Below are positions 14,101 through 28,806 of a stretch of DNA of 64,000 nt, piece by piece. Source of the stretch: the human T2T-CHM13v2.0 reference genome, Homo sapiens. The stretch lies in the NCBI RefSeq assembly GCF_009914755.1, contig NC_060925.1, one strand, 5' to 3'. The number at the start of each line of letters is the position of its first letter. The stretch's first letter is position 1. The notes below the pieces were generated by a model. It did not search any database, was not told the origin of the DNA, and worked only from the letters and a program-made list of their open reading frames with translations. Position numbers and translations under genes: made by a program.

Positions 14101-15049
14101 GCAAATTCATGTTGTGGACCCATGTTTGCATATTTGTACCATTTGATGACATGAGCAGGGCAGAGTGTGCTGCTGTAATCCAGCACAGCAAGCAGAACTA
14201 CAAAAGGTGCCTCTCTTTGGTTGGCCAAGTGCTGGAGTTTGTAAAATCAAATGTGGGTGTGAGGTAAGGGTACCCGGCATGAAGACCCTTGGGGTACTCT
14301 GAACCCCAGGGTGTGGTCTAGATGTTACCACAGCTTTGTTGCACCCGCCTCAGATCAGTGCTTATCTCTCTTGGACCTTAACATCCTCATCTATAACATG
14401 ATGGAATAACACTTCTTTTTCCTTGCAGTTCTTAAATTCTAACATTTTAGGAAGATATCTGGACCCTGAAATCTTGTCAGGAACAACCATGGTAAGATCT
14501 CTGACTATAAAGTAGAAAACAACTAAGTTTTCAGATATATATATGCATAAAATACAGCTTTATTTTAATAAAACCTTAAATGTAGGGGGACCTTCTTGCC
14601 AGATCCAGGCCAACTAATGGCTTTCCTTCAGCTTTTCCCATACTCAGAAGTCAGGTTTCCAGGCCTCTGTGAAAAGCACATAAATATTCTCAACCAGGGC
14701 TGGCCCTTTGCTTCAATCTCCAGCTATCACAGGGAGTCAGTCTGATAAACATTTGCAGTTAGAATGGAAGGAGGCACAGCCTCCTAGACTTTTACAGATT
14801 TTTTTGGACAAGTAGCAGAGTCACAGAAAACCTAGAATTAGGTAAGAAAGCAGAACTCCTCCAGAGAATTCAGAGAGAGCTACAACTGAGAGCCTTTAAA
14901 CAATCAATGTGTAGGAACAGAAGAAAGGAAATCCACAATTCAAGAAAATAAGCAGACATTTTTTTTCCTCAAAAAAAATTGTTAAGATGAATGTTAGGCA
15001 CTGATTTTAGCCCTCTGTTCCATCCCTCAAGATGTCACTTGAAAAAGCA

Positions 15050-15420
15050 AAAGGTTTTATCCACAAAACCACCGGCGAGTAAACAGCCTTCACATTCTTA
15101 GCCTCGTACACACACAGTAAGATATTTACTCTCTGATAAACAGCAATTGTAAATAAATCTCATTTAATCTCTAAAAGCCACAATAAAAATCTTTAACCTC
15201 CAAGGTAGAGTTTACAGATGCGTCTGCATGCCCTGCCAGCCCCAGAAAACACAAGGTCTTGAATAAACTACTATACCAGGAGGCACATTTTCTCGCTCAA
15301 GCATCTTACATTGACCTTCTTTAAAACAAAAATACGTACAAGGAGGAGGAAAGGGGAAAACCCAACCCCTCCCACCCCATTCTCTGTACAAATCGGCCAA
15401 TAAATCTAACGAAAAGACAC
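15050..15420. promoter_or_regulatory. Candidate regulatory element with a forkhead motif cluster
   Basis: Four RYAAAYA motifs at 15079, 15123 (reverse), 15136 and 15149, plus CCAATAAA at about 15397. Repeat-free with several CpGs. Confidence 0.35.
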
Positions 15421-16427
15421 AAGAGAAAAAGGACAGAAGCCAACAGGTGGAACAAGGCTTTTTGTTTCCTTAGAAATGCTCAGACACTTGATCTGTGCTC
15501 CTCAGTCTATTTGTCTCAGGGTGTCTTTAATGATGTTTTTATTACCCTGATGATGATGATCAAGAATAATGATAACACTTCTACTCTGTGATTCCACAGC
15601 ATCTCTAGCTGACGATTTCTCCACGCGTTTCAGACACAGTGATCTGTTCTGTTTCGCTCAATCCCAGGGAGGCATACAGCATCCCTGATCAGCAACCTTG
15701 ATTTTACAGATGGGGAAATTGAGGCACGGGGCACCCCACAACTCAACAGTCTCTACGACCAGAGGAATCCCTGAGACTGGAAAAGTTTCTGGATCGTCTT
15801 GTGGCAGAGTTCTCTTGCTCTCCCTTCTTGCCTGCCATGCCGCTCCTCCTCGGAGAGTCTGGGCTGGGGTGGTAAGGATCGGGGTGCCTCCCCTTCACAG
15901 CGAGGCACGCCAGGGCAGTGTGTGGGAAGTCCACACGCACACACAGACCCACGGGCACACTGGCACACACAAAGCTCGATGCAATCTCTGCAGTCACTCG
16001 GCGGAGCCCTGGCCGGCCCTTGCTCAGCCTGAGAAGGCACAGCTCGGAGCCTGCAAGGCCTCCCTGGGCTCTGGGCTGGGGTTTCCCTGAACCAAGGCTC
16101 TGCCCTTCTCTCCCTCTTTTCCAGGCTTCCCTCTCTCGCGCTCCCTCTCTCTCTCTCTTTTCCCTCCCACCCTCACACCCTCCTCCCAGCCCTCTCCATC
16201 CACCCCTTCTCCCCCACCAACCCAGAGGCACAGATCGTGTTACTGGGGTTCCCTCGAAAGAGGGGCCATCCCCAGTCCTGGATGCCTTGAAAGACTTCCA
16301 GGGGCAACGCAGGAGCTCCAATCGCAGGACCCCAGCGCTCCTCCAGAGCAGCGCAGGAATGAGACCCCCACTTCCAGGCACAGGCGAACAAGCCTGCCAC
16401 CGAAGAAGGAATTGTTAGGGCTCTTAC

Positions 16428-16878
16428 CTTTTTTATGAGGAGAAATTCTGGAGAATCATTTCAGAAACTGAGGGGGGAAAGTGAATGAAGACAAAAAAGA
16501 CCCTTTTCCTGCAATCCCTGGCCTCCTGGTATCAAGACACCAGGACAACATCAAAGCAACTTAGGGGGAACACTTTAGGGGCCTATTGTCTGCTCTGGTC
16601 TGATCTGTTTTTCTTCTGACTCCCCCTCTTGCTGCGGTGACACTTGGTACGGCCCAGGCATTCATGCCAAGTAGCTTTCACACATGGAAGCTTGTCTCAA
16701 GCAATTGCTGACAAGCCACAAACAAGACATTCTCCCTCCCTTCTCTGCGCCCCCCCACTCCTCCCCCCTCCACCTTTTCCTCCTCCCCTCTTGTCTCCCC
16801 TCCTCCTTTCTTCTGAATGCAAACTAAAACTCTCCAGTGACAGGCAGGCTCGCAGGCTTGGCCTAGCTGCGCACGCAG

Positions 16879-16955
<77 letters not shown>

Positions 16956-16960
16956 CAGCT
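16428..16960 (-). other. Candidate non-coding first exon of an unidentified minus-strand gene (5' end uncertain)
   Basis: Donor AAG|GTAAGA (GT at 16427-16426). All six ATGs in 16428-16880 terminate inside the exon. Confidence 0.55.
16881..16952. repeat. Compound microsatellite (AC)17(TC)19
   Basis: Directly visible. Confidence 0.99.
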
Positions 16961-17095
16961 CAGCTAGTTGCTGCTGCACTGGTGGAGTTAAGAGACAGGA
17001 AAAAGCCCAGGCTGAGTTGGGGGCAGGGAGAAAAAGAGAGGGAGAGCGAGAGCAGAGAGCCGCCTCCTGTGTCCTAGTAAAATGGCAGAAGAGAG
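16955..17095 (+). other. Candidate divergent plus-strand first exon (5' end uncertain)
   Basis: Donor GAG|GTGAGT at 17096, with AAAATGG at 17079-17085 (ATG at 17082). Confidence 0.4.
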
Positions 17096-17755
17096 GTGAG
17101 TCCTTTGGAAGAAAAGCAGTGGCCACACACGTGTGCACACATACACAGACTCAGGCCATCTCAGCGCCAGGAAAAGTGAAATAAATGACCCGACAAAGGA
17201 AAAAGCAAAGTCCCATTAGCTGGAGATTGGGGGAGTAGGGAGATAAGAGGGTGAGTGGCCCCAGGACTGGGGTTTCTGTTGAGTGGTTAGGTGATTTTTC
17301 TTCTTTACAATAGAGAAAAATTTGTTTCCTAAGGATCTAGCCTTCTTTCACTGCATAATTGAGCATGGACTTGAGCTACTAGTTAAAATAAAATCATGAA
17401 ATGTGTAAATGTGTGAGTAAACTTAACTGTAGGTTCAACTTGTACCCAAGATATTTTTAAAGTGAAGCTTTTTTTATTTTTTTTTATTTTTTATTTTAGC
17501 AGAAACCCTAGAGAGCAGTAGCAAGGAGAGTAGTAACAAGTAGTGTAAACTAGGAGAGCTGTGAAGTGTGATGCTAAAGTTACTGATTGCCAGGCTGCTG
17601 GAATTTATGGAGGGTGGGCCTGAGAGTTGGAGGAGGGGAGGGTGAGTGTGCTGTTTTCTAGGAATAAGAGGGGAATGAGGTAGGATAATGAATATGGCAA
17701 GAAACAAGCAGGAATTTGATTGGTGTGGAGGGAGGAGGTGGGGGCTGTAAAGGAG

Positions 17756-17758
<3 letters not shown>

Positions 17759-17792
<34 letters not shown>
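17759..17792. repeat. (AG)17 microsatellite
   Basis: Directly visible. Confidence 0.98.
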
Positions 17793-17798
<6 letters not shown>

Positions 17799-18469
17799 CA
17801 CTGCATTAAAAAAAGAAGAAAAATGGAAGCCCAGAAAGATTGAAACATGCAGAGTAAATGAGATGGTAAAAGAAGGCATAAAATGTGAGCAAAAAGGAGC
17901 ACAAAGGATGTGCAAATTTGCAGATGGCATGAAATCAGGAGGGCCAATTGAGATCAGGAAGAAGAATGACAGGATGATTATATGACATTCATATTTTTAG
18001 ATACTGTGGACTCACAGACCTAACAAGGTCTCCTCTGCCTAGGCCAGAAGAGTTATCCCTATACAACAGGATCTGAATGGAAGCTTAGCTCCTAACTGCT
18101 GCTGAATCAGTTCTGTACTTTTTCATGAAGATTGTTTAGACTCTATTCCTCAGAATCTTCCTTTACAAAATGGAAATTATGAGAACACACATCACTCATT
18201 CCTTCATAGGTATGCAGTAAAGAATAAATTATGACTTCTTTCATACTTAACACCAGCTAAATGAGGTGTCACTACCTAAAACTCACCACATCAAAGACAC
18301 AGACTTGTTCCTGTTATTTTCCCCCTTAATTTGCTCCTCCATTATCCCTGATCCCTGAACTGTCTGTCCCGACTCCCATTAATGATGATGATGTGGTAGT
18401 ATAATAATAATAATAATAACCTTTTTTTAAGTATTTACTTGATTCTTAGCATTTTCCCACTCATTTGTA

Positions 18470-18640
18470 TCATGAAGTAATTTTTGTTATGATCATTTCC
18501 ATTTACAGATGATAGAAAAACGAGGCACAGAGAGGTTAAGCAACTTGTCTGAGGTCACACAGCAAGGCAGAGGTAGAGCTGAAATCCAACTGAGGCCTGT
18601 GTGATTCTAAAGCCCCAGCGTTTACCCGCCATATTATGCC
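18470..18640 (-). mobile_element. MIR
   Basis: GAGGCACAGAGAGGTTAAGCAACTTGTCTGAGGTCACACAGC. Confidence 0.8.
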
Positions 18641-19024
18641 TTCTCACTGGAGTAGTCCAGGTACTCCATGGCACTTCAAGTCCAGTCAGCCATATAAGTA
18701 CACTGTTTTTTCTGTACCCCAGGGTTGGGTTTGGATCCTTTCATTTTGAGCCAGGGGAACTTCTGACCTCCCCTTAATAGGCTACTGACTCACTGTCCAC
18801 TTCTAAGTGGTGGTGACTCACTATACACAATGAGGCCTCCCAGGCAAGAATTGCATAAAGGGTCGACTTAACCTTCAATGACTGCACTATTTTCAGATTG
18901 CTAGGCAATAGAGAAAGGCAGCTAAGACCAGAAAAGCTTCCCTTTCTTAAGTATAAAAAAATTTTTTAAATAAAAAAGCAAACTAAAAAGGCCCATAGAT
19001 ATTGATGATAATGGTGATGACAGC

Positions 19025-19225
19025 AACTAACATTTATTAAGCATTTCCATATATTAAACAACCCCATACAGTGTAAACTATCAGTGTGTCTATTTTCTAG
19101 ATGAAGGAGCTGAGGCACAGAAGTGAAGGAGCGTGTTAAGGTAATCCAGCCAGGAAGTAGTGGCTGAGATATGGCCCCAGGTGGTCTGCCTTTCTAGAGA
19201 CCAGGATCCCCACCACTATGCTGTA
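19025..19225 (-). mobile_element. MIR
   Basis: CTAACATTTATTAAGCA...TTTTCTAGATGAAGGAGCTGAGGCACAGA. Confidence 0.7.
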
Positions 19226-19811
19226 CTGCTAAGGCAGCAAAAAGACTTGTTCCAATTGTTAGAGTGAAAATACAAATGCTCAATGAGAGAAAGAAGAAAG
19301 AGGCAATCATGATCCTAACACTTTCACATGCATTTTTAAATCTCATGATATCTCCTATAAGTAGTTAAAGAAAAAGAAAGCATGTGCCCAGGCCCCCAAA
19401 CAACCTTTAATTTTCCAATTCCTCCACTTGGCAGAGGACAGAGAATGCCAGGCCTCCAGGCCAGAACATGTTGGTAAGAACACCAGGTCAGACTATCTTG
19501 CCTCCAGCACTGATGGCTTCCACCTGCCAACTCCAAAGAGAAAAAAGAAATTCCAAGTGGATAAGTGAACAAGGTCAATGCATGAGCATTTCTAAGTTTA
19601 TTTTACAAGACTTATGAAAGCTAAGCATGGAGTATAGATGAAAATGTCCTAGATTCTTAGGCAGAAGAACTGTGAGCACGAGCCTTGCTATCTGAACCCT
19701 ATTTCCTCAATTATAAAATAAGCTAATGACATTAGCTCTAAAACCCTTTCCAGTTCTGAAATGCTATCATGCTAATAGTTATCTGGTTGATGAGGAAAAG
19801 ACTAGAAGCCA

Positions 19812-20191
<380 letters not shown>

Positions 20192-21139
20192 TTAAGGAAT
20201 GGAACAAGAATTAGACCCTATCTGGGCTGTTCTACCCAGATTGCAACACACCTCTTCCAAAATGCCTTCTACATAATATCCATTTTTCACTTTATTTTGT
20301 TTCACTGCTACAGCTCTCACCAATTACAAATTCACTTGCATTATTAATAATTTTTTAAAAATGTAAACACCTCTAGAAGGGATAAGGGAAGTCAGCCTTT
20401 CCTACTTTAGCATGAATTATTTCATTAGCCTACTTTTCTACAAATTCCTATATCATATCAAACAGCCATTTAGAGTAGAGGGAGAAGAGGAAAAAAATAG
20501 TAGGAGCAGGTAGATAGTTTTGTAACTTAGAAGACTCCTTGGTGTACGGCAGGCCTGATTTGGGGGCTGTACAGGGCAGTAGAAAGAGAAGGGACACTAG
20601 GAAACAAGACAAGCTGTAGGAGGTGAGAAGATGTGAAAAGCAAAGACTTTCAAAACTTTTATCTAGCCCAGCCCAGAATGAATTGAAGGAGCTTCATAAT
20701 TCTCCACATTCCCTCTCCCTTTTCCTGCATCTGGCACAGGCTCATAATAGGTTCCTATGGGTTCCCTATGGGACTTAATGTTCATTCAAAACATGGGAGA
20801 AATGCTCAGATTTCTAAACAACCAACTTACAAAATAACCTTACAAACTATAGCCCATTCATAATTTGACATCTACCTACATGTATATATTTAACTGTGGA
20901 AAAGAATGTAGGAGTGGGACAAATGAGACTTCTCCACATTTCTGGAAAGGTGAATTATCTGACATAAAGGAGAGAATCGAGCAGAAAATCAAGAAACAGA
21001 TTTCAAGATTTACCAGATAAAGGAGCAATTTAGAGGCTGGCAAGATTAGAACTCACCTAATCTGAAAATAGCTACCTCTTACTAATAATAACTATAGAAA
21101 AACATAGCACTCCCCAGTGATTAAAAGCCAAGGTAAAAT

Positions 21140-21790
21140 GGCTCGTTTTGGAATTAAAAGATCCAGGTTCTGATATTAGTGTGCTTACAAGCTAAATGAC
21201 CTTGACCAAGTCTTTTAACTTTTCTGAGACAGTTTCCAATGAGTTACTATGTAAATGAGCTTTACAAGCAGTAAAGTGCTATACAAATTTTAGCTAGTAA
21301 TATATAATAATGTTTAGTAAGAATAACAGCGCTATGTGCTAGGCATGTGCCTTACATGCATTATCTCATTTAATCCTTGCAATTCACCCTATAAGGGGAG
21401 TACTACTATTGGGAGTACTACTAGTGGTGTTTATGTACTTGGTCTCTAGAGCCAGACAGACATGACATTGAGTTACAGGCTCTGCTACTCTGTGACTTTG
21501 GACAAGTTACTCAACCTTTCTGAGCTTCAATTTCTTCATCTGTAAAATGAGGATATTAATAGTACTTTCCTCACGGGATTATTTTGAGGACAAAATGAGA
21601 TAATGAATGCATGTGACATAATTAGCATAGTGCCCAGTACATAAAAAGTAATGAACAAATGTTAGATGTTATATTTGTTCTCATTTTACAGGCTTGCTGA
21701 GGTTAAGTACTTTGTCCAGGGTCACACAGTTCATAACTATAAGGGTCTCAAACCTGGTTCTGTTTGACCCAAAGCCCCTGTTATTTCAGC
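21140..21790. mobile_element. Cluster of MIRs, including a plus-strand MIR (about 21425-21670) nested in a minus-strand MIR
   Basis: Core TGTGACTTTGGACAAGTTACTCAACCTTTCTGAGCTTCAATTTCTTCATCTGTAAAATGAGG, flanked by antisense MIR halves. Confidence 0.75.
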
Positions 21791-21986
21791 TGTTTCATAT
21801 TGTCTATCTTGCTATGGATTTTTCTGACCCACAAATAATTGAAGGGACATACTAATTATCATCATTTGTTTTGCCCTTATTAGGTTCCCATTTGAACAGT
21901 TAGTCTGTAAACAAACACTCAAGGAAAATATTTTCTACACAGGGCACCTTAGAGAAATGATGTTAATATTTAAAAATACTATTTGA

Positions 21987-22182
21987 GGCTGGGTGTGGTG
22001 GCTCACACCTGTAATCCCAGCACTTTGGGAGGCCGAGATGGGAGGATTGCTTGAGGCCAGGAGTTTGAGACCACTGTGGCCAACATAGTGAGAGCACATC
22101 TGTTAAAAAAAATAAAAAATACTACATCAGCGTAGTGCAGGAAGTTAAATAAAAAGCTCAAAAAATTAAAAAATGGAAAAAA
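21987..22182 (+). mobile_element. Alu left monomer (FLAM_C-like) with extra 3' sequence
   Basis: Monomer 21987-22104, an A-tract, about 40 bp of other sequence, then a second A-tract. Perfect TSD TAAAAATACTATTTGA (21971-21986 and 22183-22198). Confidence 0.88.
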
Positions 22183-24004
22183 TAAAAATACTATTTGAAA
22201 AGACCCCTCAAAGTGACCTATGGTAGAGTTCAAGCATCTCAGAAAAGCACAGTGACAAATTCATAATTTAGAACTTAAAAATTATGCATTTAAATTTCAT
22301 CTTTTTCTCTTCTCAGCTAAGCTTCAGGTCAATAGAGAACATTAAGTGGCCAAAAGCTCCAGTATAGAAGAAAGAACAAGGCATCTGGGTAATCCACAAA
22401 CTGAAATATGTAATATTAGATGGGTAGAAAACTGAGAACTACAGTTCATATAAGCAAAAATATTTAAGGGAATACAACTAACTTATAAATATGTGTTAAC
22501 AAGAGATTCACATTATTGAACTCTGGTGAGAGGTGGCATCACTGTAGTGAGGAACAGAAATTCCCCTATCCTTCAGAATAAATGAGCGCAGTTTCTTTGT
22601 TCTTTTTAAACAATAATAAATCAGAAGGATGGACTCACATATGGGTAGGTTGACAGGATGACCATTCTAGAATTGGCCAACAGACTAAATGCCCAAGATC
22701 TTAACACATTTTTTAAAAGCACAGCTTTTTTTTTTTTTTCTGGACCACTTTCTGAAAAAACTCTAATTGTTGCAGAAGACCTAAGAAGGATCCTGATTAA
22801 CTGATAAGGGAGAGTCAAAGAAATTTGCTTGAGTTCATATGCATTTCATTCGTATTTGTAATTGTTATTTAAATGCATTAACTAATGATAAATTGGAGTT
22901 CTGTGCATTTCATGTAGAGATGCGGCACATATGTGTGTGAACACTCACACAGTGTTCCTCTTGTGAACACTGTGAATCCTCAAGTGCTCCTCTTGCAGAA
23001 GGAGCAGCCAGGATTGTACCTTATTAGAACCCCAGATATGAAAGTCTTAGAATGTCTATTATGAACATGGTATATGTGTAATAATACAACTGATATTTCA
23101 GTAGGACAGAAAAGCCACTTTGTCCTGTCCTAAACTCCTTCTAATGAAGATGTGGAAAGGAGCTTAGAACACTCTGAAAAAGGCCTTATGAATTGATATG
23201 AGCCAAAGCAAGGAAGGCACAAACTAGAACAAGTTGCATTTGCTATGGGCTGTGTTTGTAACGCCCCTTCCCTGAAATATGCTTCTGCCTGAAGCTTGCA
23301 GCTCATCAGAGCAGAAAGAGGCAGCAGAGACACCAGTGGGAGCAACTGATTTTGGTAAACAATGAACCAACTTCTCCCCCAGGGGAGCAGATCAGAGGAG
23401 ATGTAATAAACTATGGAGAGAAACTCTCCAGCCATTTGCAGTGACTCATTCGCCAGAAAGAGACTGCTTCTTCTGATTGACCTTGGCTGCTGCAATGGTG
23501 TTGAACATGAGCTTACGCTGGCCTTGGTTAATGGGCAGAGAGTTTCAGGTATGACCTGGGGCACTCAGCTGTTCTCAGGGCTGCTTAGATGCCTGCAGAG
23601 GCAACAGCTACCTAGGCCACTAGCCACAGCTAAGTAGATTCTCTGCTGAAACTAATCTTGAATTCAGTTTGGACTGATTCTGAGAGGGCTATGTATAAAA
23701 GGATTTCTCACCAGCTGGGCTCCAGAGTTCGAGTTGTTCTGCCCTACAGAGCTAGATGGAGATAATTGCTCTGAAACTATTATAGTTGCATTCATAGTAC
23801 ATCTGGATCTGAGGTTGTTTGACCTCTGAAAACCTAAAATGGAAATAATGCAATTATCTGAGCTAAAGACAATTTAATAAAAAGCAGTACTGAAGCCAGG
23901 AAAAGGAAATTTATCTTTTATACCATGTCTTTTGCCTAGCAATGGAATGTGTACCTTTCATAAAGATGAAAGATGCATGAAAGGCTGAATAGAAGGTAGT
24001 GTTT

Positions 24005-24200
24005 TTCATTCAGTTCAATAAGTGTTTGCTATTACCTATTACGTGCAAAAGACTGTGCTAGGTCTGGGGACACCAAAATGAGGAAGACTTTTTCCCTGTT
24101 CTAAAGGAGCATTTCATCTAGATAGTAGAAAAGAGAAAGATGTACACTAGTAACCATGACACAGCCATCATGAAATAAATGAAGCCAGCAAGTATTATAG
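24005..24200 (-). mobile_element. L2 remnant
   Basis: TTCAATAAGTGTTTG...CCTATTACGTGCAAAAGACTGTGCTAGGTCTGGGGACAC. Confidence 0.6.
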
Positions 24201-24340
24201 GCATTTTGAAGTGCCTGCACAACACATTCCCTCTGTTTTTGGAAAATAATCCCTAGACTACCTGTTCAGTTAAGCTTCTGCACTTATATTTATACTGTAT
24301 GACCAGTTTCCCTGGCCAATCAGATTCTCTCTCCCATAAA

Positions 24341-24676
<336 letters not shown>

Positions 24677-24776
24677 TGATCTCTATTAGTTCTTGAACTG
24701 ATAAAACTGATGAGGAAAAAAAAAAAAGAAATAGACCCACTCAGAGACAAAGAGATAAGAATCCATGTGGCCCAAG

Positions 24777-24778
<2 letters not shown>

Positions 24779-24824
<46 letters not shown>
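24779..24824. repeat. (AG)23 microsatellite
   Basis: Directly visible. Confidence 0.98.
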
Positions 24825-24829
<5 letters not shown>

Positions 24830-25320
24830 ATGAAGCCCGAAGCCCTGGTGGAGGTTTCCTGAATTTAGGCACACTAAGATGTTCCTAGTTCTAAATGATT
24901 CCCCTTTCTCCCTCCCCCTAGACTGGTTCTAATGGATTCCTTTTGCTTGCACCAATAGAGTGAAAGTGAAGCTTTGTGGTTCAACCCAACCCTTCTCAGT
25001 TGCCAAGCACTGTGCTAGTTCTGGATGAACAGCAGTAAATTAAACACGCAAGGAGTTTGAGGCTTCATAGGAATTTTGGTATGGGGGACACCCAGTGTTT
25101 AGTATATACTATAAAGAAGTGCTGAGAGGACTCTGAGGAGGCAGCAACTTTTAATTCTTCAGGGGGATTTTAACAGGTGTGGTGGGATCGTGCATCTCAA
25201 GAAGAGGAAAAGGCGCTTCTCACTGAAAAGGGACGGAGGTTATATTAAGATGTTACTTCTACGCTTCATTGCCCCTCTAATCTTCAACCTGGCTCCAGAA
25301 TGGCAAGCTAGTTTGCTCCC

Positions 25321-27174
<1,854 letters not shown>

Positions 27175-27194
27175 TAAAAAATAATATAAATAAT

Positions 27195-27370
27195 AACCAC
27201 TTTATATGGACTGCTTACTATGTGCAGAGCACTGTGTTCATTGCCTTATGTATATCGCATCTTATTTAAATTTCCCAAGAACTCTAGATGTTAGAACTAT
27301 CATTGCTCTCTTTTAACAAATAAGAAAACTGAGGCACAGAAAAGTTAAATAAGACCACCCAGTGAGTATT
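27195..27370 (-). mobile_element. MIR
   Basis: TGCTTACTATGTGCAGAGCACTGTG...GAAAACTGAGGCACAGAAAAGTTAAATAA. Confidence 0.75.
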
Positions 27371-27421
27371 AGAAGAACCAGAAAGTAAACATAGACAGTC
27401 TGCTGTGCTTTTAAGTGACTG

Positions 27422-27475
27422 AATATAGGGCATGGGTCAGTAACTATTAATATAGGGAATGGGTCAGTAACTATT
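27422..27475. repeat. 27-bp tandem duplication
   Basis: AATATAGGG(C/A)ATGGGTCAGTAACTATT, two copies. Confidence 0.95.
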
Positions 27476-28465
27476 TTATGTGCTTCCTCTCTTTCTAGTG
27501 CACCACACTTGGACTTTTTATATTATGCATTTCTTGTTAGAATTTTTAAACACTGGTTACTTTTGTAATCAGGAAAAAATATACTTAAAAATACCTAATA
27601 TGGTTACTGGCACACAGTGAAGGTGGTGATAATGAGAAAGAGGAGGAGGAGGAGGATGACAGCTTACATTTGTTGACTTCTTCCTATGATCCAGATTTTG
27701 GCACAATGTACCAGGCACCTTACATGCTAGTTTAATTGAGGAGGCATTAGATAAATTATTATTGTTGTTATTATTCCTGTCACTATCAGGTGTTTCTTAG
27801 AGCCCCAGAGATAGGCTGGGGCTGTGTGGGTCTGGGATGGAGCATGTCATCTCAAGTCTCTAGCCCAAGGGTTAGGAAGAAGTTGTTCCTAATACTTCCA
27901 GCCCTCCCTTGCAATTTCAGGTGGTCAGAATATGACTGGGTGGACCAGATGACTGCGGGCTTGAGTGACACAGAGTTCTAAATCTGGTTCCAGAATGTAT
28001 TAGCTCTGTGGCCTTGCTGTAGTTCTTACGTTGTCACAGTTGGATATATTTATCCCATTTTCCCAATCCCACCTTGCCTAGCAGGGCAACAGGTATTCAA
28101 GACCACTGGGAAGGCCCTGCTGTCCCACTGGCAGGCCTCCCATAGCCTAAGAGCCTCTCATGAAACATTCATTTCCTTGGGTTAAAGCTCTGCCAGGGAG
28201 AGGTGACATATTAAGCCACTGACACCGTGGCAATTTAATTTCATGGAATCACAAGATGTTAGAGCTGGGAGTCACCTAGCATCTAAAGCCTCATTATTCT
28301 TGCATCTAAACCTATCTTTTCCTTTTTCCATCTACAGTGGGAGAGGTGTCCCTGCTCCTGTCTAAGCGAATCCTTCTCCTTGCACTGTGGATCCCACCTG
28401 CCATTATTCCCTCTCTTTCCCACACTGGCACCACTGCGCGCCTCTCTCCATCAGTATTTAAATAA

Positions 28466-28806
<341 letters not shown>

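Larger units (their letters stand above)
15600..17200. promoter_or_regulatory. Promoter-like, moderately CpG-enriched region, probably bidirectional
   Basis: Local GC and CpG rise, no interspersed repeats, purine/pyrimidine tracts, a compound microsatellite and divergent strong splice donors. Confidence 0.65.

Noticed and set aside
15698-16418. Overlapping 130-212 aa ORFs on both strands
   Set aside because: GC-rich, low-complexity promoter-proximal sequence depleted of stop codons, with no recognisable protein features
15600-17200. Assigning a gene symbol to the promoter
   Set aside because: No coding exon lies in the window and I do not reliably recognise the leader sequence. A BLAT search is needed.
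16644-17985. ORFs with THTHTH, LSLSLS, RERERE and CVCVCV runs
   Set aside because: Translations of dinucleotide microsatellites
21987-22182. BC200 (BCYRN1) pseudogene
   Set aside because: It lacks the BC200-specific Alu-domain changes and the C-rich unique 3' domain as I recall them
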